From Octopus sinensis (Eukaryota), in contig NC_043009.1 in NCBI RefSeq assembly GCF_006345805.1, positions 21,328,001 to 21,392,000 on the forward strand: DNA of 64,000 nucleotides, written 5' to 3'. The notes beneath the pieces are model-generated. The model was not told the DNA's origin. It saw only the letters and a list, made by a program, of their open reading frames with translations, and made no database searches. Below are positions 39,057 to 50,400 of this stretch, one piece after another. Positions within the stretch are counted from its first letter, which is position 1. Each line of letters opens with the position of its first letter. The position numbers and the translations under genes were made by a program.

Positions 39057-40028
39057 TGCATGTATATATGTGTATATATATGTGTACATATTACATGTAC
39101 ATCTATATATATACATCTACACATAAAATACAAGATACAAAGTTATATCTTGATATCGCTAGTGATAACAATACTCAAAATATATAACAAACTGGAATTG
39201 TTAGCCCGTCTCTTGTAATTTCGATCAATTGTATCTTGTCCTCCCTCTTGTATAGAAGCGCGGCTACAATCCAGCCTACCTCTACTTCTGGGGGTGGAGG
39301 GGCATTTAAAATTTTTTTCCAGGATGTCCTACATCCCAGATATAAAGGTTAAAATAAAATATTTCCACTTTGCAAGTTCAAGTTGAGTACTCCCTTGCAC
39401 GCTCCGTTGACTCGAACATTGCTTCTATTGTGGCGAATTTACCGCCTCTGATTAGATATCTTTCATAGTCGCACCAAGACACTTTTCGAAGTGTGTTCAA
39501 ATCTTTTTTCTCTACATTGTATACTTTATAGACAATAGTTTTTTCTTAAATTTAATTTTTTATTATCCATCTGGACTATTCCATTTCTGCACGCTAATTT
39601 TATTTTTAATTTATTCCCATTCATGTGAAACCACCAAGTTCAAGTCATTAATGCAATTTTATACCAATTGCTATTTTTACTTTTTTTTTATGTGACGATT
39701 ATATTATACTTTAGTTTGATTTTAATTATTACTTACTACATATAATTCAATTGTTATTATTATTTTTATTGTTAAAGTGAAAGTATCTGACATAAAATAG
39801 AGAAATGTTTTTGTTTCACTTTTAACACGTAATACTGAAATAGTGGAGAAGATATGATATTGCTATGGGCTCGCTCTAGGCAAGAAGTTGAACATATTTT
39901 TTGCCCATGAAACTACATGGACCCTAAGTAAGGCATATGTAAAATGTGAATGAAATTGGTTGTGTAGTTTTCAGGTTTTAGGGAAACACACAGACAGACA
40001 CACATTCTCAGTTTTATATATATAAAGA
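39057..40028 (-). mobile_element. Non-autonomous Helitron related to the 55124 element
   Basis: 5' TC..TATATAAAACTGAGAATG start; 39930-40028 and 39057-39260 are reverse complements of 55124-55230 and 55800-56010. Confidence 0.7.
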
Positions 40029-40042
40029 TATATATATATATA

Positions 40043-42121
40043 CTAGCTGGAGGTGACCCGCTCTACGCGCGGGTAAGACTGTGGTTGTTACTTTCTGTTG
40101 CTTCCTTTCAGCACGTAAAAAGCACCATCCGAACGTGGCGGATTGCAGCGCCGCCTTGACTGGCTTCTGTGCTGGTGGCACGTAAAAAGCACCAACCGAT
40201 CGTGGCCGCTGCCCCCCTGGCACATGTGCAGGCGGCACGAAAAAAGCACCCACTATGCTCACAGAGTGGTTGGCGTTAGGAAGGGCATCCACCTGTCGAA
40301 ACACTGCCAGATCAGACTGGAGCCTGGTGCAGCCTCCTGGCTTCCCAGACCCCTGTCAAACTGTCCAACCCGTGCTAGCACGGAAAACGGACGTTAAACG
40401 ATGATGATGATGATGATGATTCTCCCTCTTTGTTTCTTTCTCCTTTCTCTCTCACTTTCCCACTCTCTTACTCTTCCTTTCTCTCGGACTCTCCCTCGCT
40501 TTCTCTTACTCTCTATCTTTATGTATCTCTCTCCCATTTATAAACAACAAAAGATCTTGAGTAAGTTGAGAAATAAAATATTTAGAAAGATCAATCATAA
40601 ATATCAGGCAGTTACAAAGGAAAGGTCTGCTTGAAGACAGACAGCAAAACACTAACATTTAAAAGGGACAGACGAACTTGCGAGCTGAATAAAAATAATA
40701 AAATATTGGAAACCAAAGTTTGAAGGGATAGAATTTGAGGATAGTAGAGTCACCATGGCTGGCATTTCTTAACGACGGACAGCAACGTATTGACAGTTCA
40801 ACGGCTGGCGTAAAAGTTTGAACTTGATGTAAAAGAAAATCCCTAAAAACCAAGTTTTGAATTGATTCTTTCTCACGACAGTAGACTCACGATGGCAAGC
40901 ATTGAAAACTTCTTCATCATGGACGGCAACACATTGACGATTAAAAGGCTGGAGCAAATTTTTTAGCTTGATGTAACAGAGAATTGCTAAACACCCGCTC
41001 CTTTAAATTTTAATCCCCTTCCAGCCCCATTTATACCCCTTTTCACCTTTTGGTTAATATAACCCGATTTAATTTGGGTCTACTGGGGCCACATTTTATA
41101 AGATGAGGACACAACCAAGTTTCCCAAGTTCTGGTCATAGACCATAGAACACTCAACCAAGTTTCCCGATTTCTGGTCATAGACCATAGAACAGTGAAGC
41201 AAGTTTCCCGAGTTCTGGTCATAGACCATAGAACACTCAACCAAGTTTCCCGAGTTCTGGTCATAGACCATAGAACACTAAACTAAGTTTCCCGAGTTCT
41301 GGTCATTTGCAGAATAAATAGAGACGGCGGAGGTGGCAGACATCGTTGCAATGTAAACATGATTTGTTATAAGAGAAAGATTGTCCAGATTGTGTGTTGG
41401 TGGTGGCGATGATAATTATCATTAGGAAAAAGAGTGAGTGAGTGAGGAAGACATACATAAGTTGTGGCGATGATAATTGTAGACCCCTTTTCACATTTTG
41501 ATGAAGAGAACCCGATTTCATTCGGGTGTACTGGGGCTACATATAGGTGTGTGTGTGTGTGTGTGTGTGCACGCTGTAGAAATTAAATTAGAGATAAAAC
41601 CACTAATAGGGAAATGAAACAGTAAAAAACCAAAAACAAAAACATAAAAATAAAAATATAATATTAGATATATGAATATATGTGTGTGTGTGTGTGTGTG
41701 TGTTGACAGGTAGACAATAGAATGCGATGGCGATGGGGATGGTGAGTAATATTTGTTACTGTCCATGAACGCTGAGAGATACATGAGTAAAATGTATAGG
41801 AAGGTAAGAGATAGAGTGAGTGAAAATGTTCTTGGAAGAGAGTAAATAGCTACAGAGTGATTTGAGGAAGACTTTACATTAAATAACGGTAGTTGCATTG
41901 TCAAATGAAGAGGAGTGACAGAGTACTGGAGGAAATAGGGTGAGGTAGGAAGATGGCCCCTAGCAACCACACCTTTTAAGATAGGGATTTGTAAGGTAGC
42001 CCACGTGCATCGTCACCTCATTCTACATGTCCTTGTAAATTTTGGAGCGAATCGGACAGGATGTAGTGGCATTGAAAGCGAACCAAGCGGTAAAAACGCA
42101 TTTCAGTTTTATATATAGAGA
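40043..42121 (-). mobile_element. Non-autonomous Helitron with nested RTE tail (~40100-40417) and minisatellite
   Basis: A|TC(TC)TATATATAAAACTG 5' end; CCCGCGCGTAGAGCGGG hairpin then CTAG|T 3' end. Confidence 0.8.
41117..41306. repeat. 42-bp minisatellite, ~4.5 copies
   Basis: Unit CAAGTTTCCCGAGTTCTGGTCATAGACCATAGAACACTCAAC. Confidence 0.9.
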
Positions 42122-42147
42122 TATATATATACATGCATATATATATC

Positions 42148-42360
42148 TCTTTACTCTTTAACTTGTTTCAGTCATCTGACTGCGGCCATGCTGGAGCACC
42201 GCCTTTAGTTGAGCAAATCGACCCCAGGACTTATTCTTTGGAAGCCTAGTACTTATTCTATCGGTCTCTTTTGCCGAACCGCTAAGTGACGGGGACGTAA
42301 ACATACCAGCATCGGTTGTCAAGCAATGCTAGGGGGACAAACACACAAACACATACACAT

Positions 42361-42397
<37 letters not shown>

Positions 42398-42560
42398 CGA
42401 CAGGCTTCTTTCAGTTTCCATCTACCAAATCCACTCACAAGGCATTGGTCGGCCCGGGGCTATAGCAGAAGACACTTGCCCCAGATGCCACGCAGTGGGA
42501 CTGAACCCAGAACCTTGTGGTTGGTTAGCAAGCTACTTACCACACAGCCACTCCTGCGCC
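42148..42560 (-). mobile_element. Complete composite SINE
   Basis: Reverse complement of the 21938-22320 family. Confidence 0.85.
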
Positions 42561-42602
42561 TATGTATATATGTATATATATTTTCTTTTTATTTTATATA
42601 GT

Positions 42603-43935
42603 TTCAGCTCACGAGCTGTGGCCATGCTGGGGCACTGCCATTTGGTGTTGCTACATGATTTTACTTCACGAATGCTTTTTAGCAATTGCTATTTGGTGCA
42701 TGAGAGAGTTCGATGCAGCTGCCCTCATCTGCACCTCCTGCCGTGAAGTTGGTTCATCTGGGACACCTGACAGGAAGAGATCCAGTTTTATTTTAAAGAC
42801 ATCTGCATCCACCTCATGCAGGTCTCTCAGGTCCTTCGGGAGGATATTGGAGAGCTGTGAACCTCTGAAGCCCAGGCTATCACAGTATCTTGTCCTACAT
42901 CTTGATGGCAAATTTGGAGTCCTTGGCACTATTCAGTGGTGCCCAGTTCTAGTATTTATGTAACTCTCGATGCCAAAGTTTGGGACAAGACCTTCTAGGA
43001 CCTTCCAGATGTATATTATGGCATATCTTTCTCGCCTACACTCTAAGGAATAGAATCTTAATCTCTTGAGTCTTTCCTAGTAGCTTATATGCTGCACAGA
43101 GGCTATCTTCTTCATGTAGCTTCGTTGGATTGCCTCAAGTTCTGTGATTAACTTGACACTGGATGGTGACCATAGCTGAGAGCAATAGTCAAAGTGGCTT
43201 AGGACAAGCGTCCTCCAGAGGACCATCATGGTTTTCTGGTCTCTTGTTCTAAAGGTTCTAAGAATCCATCCGGTCAGCCGCCTACATTTCATTGCCAATT
43301 TAGCAACATGCACATGAAAGGTTGCATCATTACACATGTAAATACCCAGGTCTCGCACTGATTGTGCCTCTGGGATTGCAATCCCTCCAGGTCCAGTGTA
43401 TTCATTGGGTATTGCATTTAGTTTTGCATGCTGATAGCATAAAGCTTGAAACTTTTCAGCATTGAACTGCATGCTATTCTTTTCAGCCCACTTGTATATT
43501 TTGTCCAGCTCACATTGCATGTGCATAGTGTCTTCAGGTTTCTGTATTGCCTGTGAAACTTTTGTATAATCTGCATAACTTGTGATCGTGGCTGAGGGCA
43601 TGTCTGGGAGGGCCATTATGAACAGTAGTGGTCCCAAAACAGTGCCTTGCGGAACATCGCTCACTATTTGCGTGTTAATGGAAGTGGCCCCAATGGCTAC
43701 TACTACCTGACTTCTATCCTTCAGAAAGTCATGAAGCCATTCTCCCAATTTTCCAACTATGCTAATATCACGCAGTTTGTGGCATATCATTCTATGATCA
43801 ACTTTATCAAAGGCCTTTGCAAAGTCGAGATATATGACTTCCACATTTGAGTGGTTGAGCAGTCGTTTCAGCATCCAGTCATAGTGTTGTAGGAGCTGAG
43901 TTAGGCAGCTTCTTCCTGGTCGGAAAACATATTGG
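42603..43935 (-). mobile_element. 5'-truncated CR1/L2-type LINE
   Basis: FRPGRSCLTQLL, YLDFAKAFDKVDH, VPQGTVLGPLLF, YADYTK, HFDYCSQLWSP; the ORF's N-terminus is spurious microsatellite. Confidence 0.85.
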
Positions 43936-44814
43936 GTGTCATATATATCCACCCATGAATATATATATATACGTTTTTTTATATATATGAATACATATAT
44001 GCGTGTGTATGTATGTATATGCAAATGTTTGCGGATGCAGTGCATGCGAGTGTATATATGTATATGGCTGTGTGCGGGTGTGTGTGTGTATGTATGTTGG
44101 TGCAGTTTTCCCATGCCTATGCTTGTTTATTAGTGAAGGTTTGAGTAGGAACACAGTCGAAATTGTGGTTATCTGGAAGGTTTAACAGCACGATAAATGT
44201 TTACGAAATATGCAGTGTAATTTTAATTATGTATCTTATGCTAATAACATACTTCGACTGGGTATGGGTGTCTGTTTACATGCATATATATATATTTATG
44301 GATATATGTGAGTAGTTATGTATGTAAACATATATGTATGTATGTAAGCTTGTATTTCCTGTATTGTGATTTATCCATGTAAATATGTGTAAGCGCACAT
44401 ATACGTGTGTACGTATGTAAGTATTTCTTAACAAACCAACCGTAATGAAGACAATTGAAATTCAAATGTGCCAGCCAATCGTATTGGGCATTCGATCTTT
44501 AACTATCTCTGAACTTAATACTTTACACATATCACAGTCAAAATTATGGCTTGCACCCGTGTATACGCTTGTGCACCTGCGAAATTTGCTATGATGTAAA
44601 TTAATGTTTTTCATTTTTCATTTTATATGTATTTGCCGATCTATAATGCTTTGCATGGTACTGTATTATTGTTGTTTTTGCTATTATGTTGCTAACCGCA
44701 TGGTGCATATATTGTTTTGCTGGTATTAATGTTATTAATAGTGATAATAATGATATTAGTAGCAATAGTGGCAATGGTAATATTAATGGCATTTTGTAAC
44801 TTAATATAATGAAC

Positions 44815-45042
44815 CACCAACCGATCGTGGCTGTTGCCAGCCTCCCCTGGCACCTGTGCCGGTGGCACGTAAAAAGCACTCACTACACTCACGGAGTGGT
44901 TGGCGTTAGGAAGGGCATCCAGCTGTAGAAACACTGCCAGATCAGACTGGAGCCTGGTGCAGCCTCTTGGCTTCCCAGACCCCAGTTAAACCATCCAGCC
45001 CATGCTAGCATGGAAAACAGACGTTAAACGATGATGCGATGA
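44815..45042 (+). mobile_element. RTE 3'-tail fragment
   Basis: GGCACGTAAAAAGCAC modules and (GAT)n tail. Confidence 0.8.
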
Positions 45043-45061
45043 TGTGTGTGTGTATATATAT

Positions 45062-45137
<76 letters not shown>

Positions 45138-45184
45138 ATATATATGTGTGTGTGTGTGTATATATATGTATGTATGTGTGTGTA

Positions 45185-45222
<38 letters not shown>

Positions 45223-45232
45223 ATATATATAT

Positions 45233-46653
45233 CTGAGTCACTATCAGAACTGGAGGAGAAGTTCCAGGTGTGGAAGGAGGGTTTAGAATCGAGGGGCCTT
45301 AGATTCAACCTAGCTAAAACCAAAGTACTAATAAGTAGGAAGGTAGACAATCCACAAATGTCTTCAGGAAGATGGCCCTGCTCGATCTGTAGAAAAGGTG
45401 TAGGTAGAAACTCTATAAGATGTACCCAGTGTAAGCTATGGACACATAAGAGGTGCAGCAATGTCAAAGGTAGGCTAACTGGGAAGATAGTTTTTGTATG
45501 TGGCAGATGCTCGGGAGCATTAACCTCCGAAAATCTGCAGAAAACAACTTCCGTCACTTTCCAGGGGGAGAAACTAGAAGTAGTTGATAGCTTCCGTTAT
45601 CTAGGTGACCAAGTCATTAGTGGGGGTGGGTGCGCTGAAAGCGTAACTGCTAGAATAAGAATAGCCTGGGCAAAGTTTAGGGAGCTCTTACCTCTGCTGG
45701 TGACTAAAGGCCTCTTGCTCAGAGTAAAAGGCAGACTGTATGATGCATGTGTACGAACAGCCATGCTACATGGCAGTGAAACATGGGCCGTAACTGCTGA
45801 GGACATGCGTAAGCTCGTGAGAAATGAATCCAGTATGCTCCGATGGATGTGTAATGTCAGTGTACATACTCGACAGAGCGTTAGTACCTTGTGAGAAATG
45901 TTGTACCTAAGAAGCATCAGTTGTGGTGTGCAAGAGAGACGATTGCGCTGGTATGGTCATGTGGCGAGAATGGATGAAGATAGGTGTGTGAGAAAGTGCC
46001 AATCCCTAGCAGTTGAGGGAACCCGTGGAAGAGGTAGACCCAGGAAAACCTCGGACGAGGTGGTGAAGCACGACCTTCGAACTTTAGGCCTCACTGAGGA
46101 AATGACCAGCGACCGAGACCTTTGGAAATATGCTGTATGTGAGTAGACCAGGCAGGACAAGTGAGCCCAGCCCACTTATGCATGCCTTTCCTCCCTTGGA
46201 CACAAAGACCTGTTGAGGCAAGCGAAGTCGATATAGAACCTCATCCGATGACAGGCACCCTTTGCTTGCGAAGACATGTTGGGGCAAGCGAAATCGAAAT
46301 CGAATTGAACCAGCCAGGATCCCTGGTCTGGTGGTACGTAAAAAGCACTATCCGACTCGTGGCCGATGCCAGCGCCGCCTCGACTGGCTTCCGTGCCGGT
46401 GGCACGTAAAATACGCCAATCCGACCGTGGCCATTGCCAGCCTCGCCTGACACCTGTGCAGGTGGCACGTAAAAAGCACCCACTACACTCACGGAGTGGT
46501 TGGCATTAGGAAGGGCATCCAGCTGTAGAAACATTGCCAGATAAGACTGGAGCCTGGTGCAGCCTTCTGGCTTCCCAGATCCCCGGTCGAACCGTCCAAC
46601 CCATGCTAGCATGGAGAACGGACGTTAAACGATGATGATGATGATGATGATGA
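45233..46653 (+). mobile_element. 5'-truncated RTE LINE with intact 3' end, inserted in (TA)n
   Basis: Open RT C-terminus with C4HC3 cluster, FRYLG, MLHGSETW; (GAT)n tail. Confidence 0.9.
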
Positions 46654-46661
46654 TATATATA

Positions 46662-46708
<47 letters not shown>

Positions 46709-46709
46709 G

Positions 46710-47424
46710 TCCTCTGCTGATAAAACACGGATTTCAGAAAATGAGCAGCTAAGCAATTTTGACTTTCAACCTCGTCCATTCCTGTTTATGCGTAGATTCG
46801 TAACCCTAACCCCTTCCTTTCGTTCTCTATTATCTATTTCTCTATCTTGTAAACATAGCACCGATAGCTTCCTGTTTGTCTTGAGATCATGCATTTTTCT
46901 ATTCCTCCTTTATTTCAAGGTTATCCTTTCGTTATTTCACTCTCCCAGAACTTGTTTAATTCTCCCAAATTCCCTAAAAAAAAATTTTTTTTTAAATTCT
47001 TTCTTCCTCGTGTCGTATTTATTAGTTACTTAACGCCTGACCACCTAAAGCTCTGACCTCCCCTCTCTGACTCACTGTCTCTCTCTTTCGACTTACCACT
47101 GCTGTTTTCATTAATTTAAATTATGTTTTCCTCATATCCCAAACTTTTCAACTTTCAACTCTATCTCACGATTTCAGCATTTGCTGTTTCAGTAATTTTT
47201 GTTACAGAGAATCCCCTACTCTTCTCCCATGTGTTTGTCCCTCTCTCTCTCTCCCCCTCTTCGATTTACCACCTAATACACCAACAGCCCCCCCCCCCCA
47301 ATCCCTAACTCTATATAAACTAGCGTATGCTCTGCTTTTTTCCTCTACTCAATTTTCATCTCCTCTGCTGATAAAACACGGATTTCAGAAAATGAGCAGC
47401 TAAGCAATTCTGACTTTCAACCTC
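46710..47424. repeat. 64-bp direct repeats (46710-46773, 47361-47424) flanking a pyrimidine-rich segment
   Basis: One mismatch between the copies. Confidence 0.85.
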
Positions 47425-47439
47425 ATTGCTCTTTCGCGG

Positions 47440-50400
47440 TGCGCCCTCTCACTCCCTCCACCAATACCAGAAGTGTTACTTGTCTACCCCCCCCCCCCCG
47501 CGAACACTCCCACCCACACCCCTATGTAGGGTTTATTTGATCATACAGCGCAAAAACTGTGTAGTGTATGTAGGTTGTAGCCTAGTGTTTCCCTATGAAA
47601 TCTGCCAAATGCAAGCTTTCTTTTCAGGTACATGACACTACTGTCCCTCATCCCAGGGTATCTAGGGCCCTCACCTCCCACGCCCTCAGAGTTCGCACAC
47701 TCAATGTTGGCACATCGTAAGGTAGGTCTGGTGAGATTGTTGAGCTGCTTGAACGGAGACGTGTGGATTTGTGCTGCATCCAAGAAGTAAGGTGGAGAAG
47801 AGGTTCCGCTCGGTTCCTCACAGGCAAAGAACACAGGTACAAGATTTTCTGACAGGGTCGGGGGCGTGGGTATACTTCTTGCAGAGAAATGTGTTGATAA
47901 GGTAATCGAGGTAGTCAGAGTATGTGATAGAGTACTTAAGATTAGATTAGTGCTTCACCATGGGTTAGCAACCATTATATTGGCCTATGCCCCTCAGCCG
48001 GGGCTACCCGATCGACAGAAAGACCGATTCTATGACACCCTACTGCAGACTACCTCGTTGATGAATGACAGGGACCTTCTTTTTGTGGCTGGTGACGTCA
48101 ATGGACATGTTGGACAACATACAGGGGACTTCCATGACGTACATGGAGGCTACGGGCTATGGGTCCCGCAACGAGGAGGGAACCAGGCTGCTGGAGTTCT
48201 GCGATACAAATGACCTTATGGTTTGCAATACCAACTTCAGGAAACCCACTTCTCACCTAGTCACCTACCGTTCTGGCAGACACACTAGCCAGATTGACTA
48301 CATCCTCGCCAAAAAGAGGGAAAGAGGGCTGCTTATAAATGCCAAAACCTTCCCAGGCAAAGAATGTACCCCACAACATAGACTGGTAGTTAGCGACTTC
48401 AGGATCAGGGCTAAATGGTTGCCCAGAAGAAGACCAGCTTGGAGGAGAAGCGTCTGGAAGCTTAAAGATCCTGCAAATGGATAGAGATTTAGAGACGTAC
48501 TACTCAAAGTCTTCGATGAAATAGAATGGGATATAGCTTCACATAATGTGGAAGACAACTGGAGGTTTCTACGGGACAACCTGCTGAGAGCCACTGACCA
48601 GATCTGTGGATGGAACAAAGTCCCATCTCGACCCAAGGTAACGTAGTGTTGGAACAATGTGGTTGACAAGGCTATTAGACAAAAGAAACAGGCTTGGAGG
48701 GACTGGAAGAACGGAGGTAGCAGGGAATTGTATCAGACTGCCAGAAGGAAAGCTAGGAGACAGGTTTACTTAGCCAGAGGGGAAGCAGATAAGAAAAAAT
48801 TTGCCAATGTTCTGCGCCATGAGGACCAAAGACTTGAGGTATTTTGTGTTGCAAGGCAGTGGTAGGAGAGAAATGTGTTCCCATGGATGATGGTTCACTT
48901 GCGCTAAATGAGGATGCAAAGAGAGAGGTTTGGAGACGCCATTATGAAAGGTTGCTGAATAAAGAAAATGAATGGGAGAAAGAGAGTCTGCCGAATGTCG
49001 ACCCAATAGAGGGACCAGCTATTCGAGTTGACAGTTCTTTGGTAGTTAGGGCAATTAGAAGCATGAAAACAGGGAAAGCCCCTGGCCCATCAGGAATCAC
49101 TGCAGAGATGCTCAAAATATCTGGCAGTGTTGGCTATAGCCTAGTCACCCATATAGTTAACCAGGTGATACACGAAGGAGTCATACCCAATGACTGGTTG
49201 TAGCAACATAATAGTCAACTGCTACAAAGGTAAAGGTGATGCCCTAGATACAAATAATTACAGAGGTATCAAGCTGTTGGATCAGGTAATGAAGGTTACG
49301 GAGAGGGTCATAGCCCAACTGATTACGGAGAGAGTCAACTTGGACGAGATGCAGTTTGGTTTCGTGCCAGAGAAAAGCACCACTGATGCCATCTTTCTGG
49401 TGAGACAGCTGCAGGAGAAATACCTAGCCAAAGATAAACCTCTGTACCTGGCTTTCGTTGACATGGAGAAAGCCTTTGACAAGGTCCCCCGATCCCTTAT
49501 CTGGTGGTTAATGAGGAAACTAGGGATAGATGAATGGTTAGTGAGAGCTGTGCAAGCCATGTACAGGGACGCTGTAAGGTGAGGGTTGGCAACGAGTACA
49601 CTGAAGAATTCCAGGTAGAGGTTGGGGTCCACCAAGGTTCAGTCTTCAGCCCCCTCCTATTTATCATAGTCCTCTAGGCAATAATGGAGGAATTCAAGAC
49701 AGGATGCCCCTGGGAGCTCCTCTATGCTGATGACTTAGCTCTACTTGCTGAGTCACTATCATAACTGGAGGAGAAGTTTCAGGTGTGGAAGCAAGGATTA
49801 GAATCAAAAGACCTTAAAGTCAACCTAAAGTCTTCGATGAAATAGAATGGGATATAGCTTCACATAATGTGGAAGACAACTGGAGGTTTCTACGGGACAA
49901 CCTGCTGAGAGCCACTGACCAGATCTGTGGATGGAACAAAGTCCCATCTCGACCCAAGGTAACGTAGTGTTGGAACAATGTGGTTGACAAGGCTATTAGA
50001 CAAAAGAAACAGGCTTGGAGGGACTGGAAGAACGGAGGTAGCAGGGAATTGTATCAGACTGCCAGAAGGAAAGCTAGGAGACAGGTTTACTTAGCCAGAG
50101 GGGAAGCAGATAAGAAAAAATTTGCCAATGTTCTGCGCCATGAGGACCAAAGACTTGAGGTATTTTGTGTTGCAAGGCAGTGGTAGGAGAGAAATGTGTT
50201 CCCATGGATGATGGTTCACTTGCGCTAAATGAGGATGCAAAGAGAGAGGTTTGGAGACGCCATTATGAAAGGTTGCTGAATAAAGAAAATGAATGGGAGA
50301 AAGAGAGTCTGCCGAATGTCGACCCAATAGAGGGACCAGCTATTCGAGTTGACAGTTCTTTGGTAGTTAGGGCAATTAGAAGCATGAAAACAGGGAAGCC

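Noticed and set aside
41117-41306. CRISPR-like periodic repeat
   Set aside because: Contiguous units with no unique spacers, no cas genes, eukaryotic context
46714-46749. Hammerhead-like CTGATAA..GAAA in the 64-bp direct repeats
   Set aside because: G8 is substituted, stem II does not pair and there is no NUH triplet before stem I
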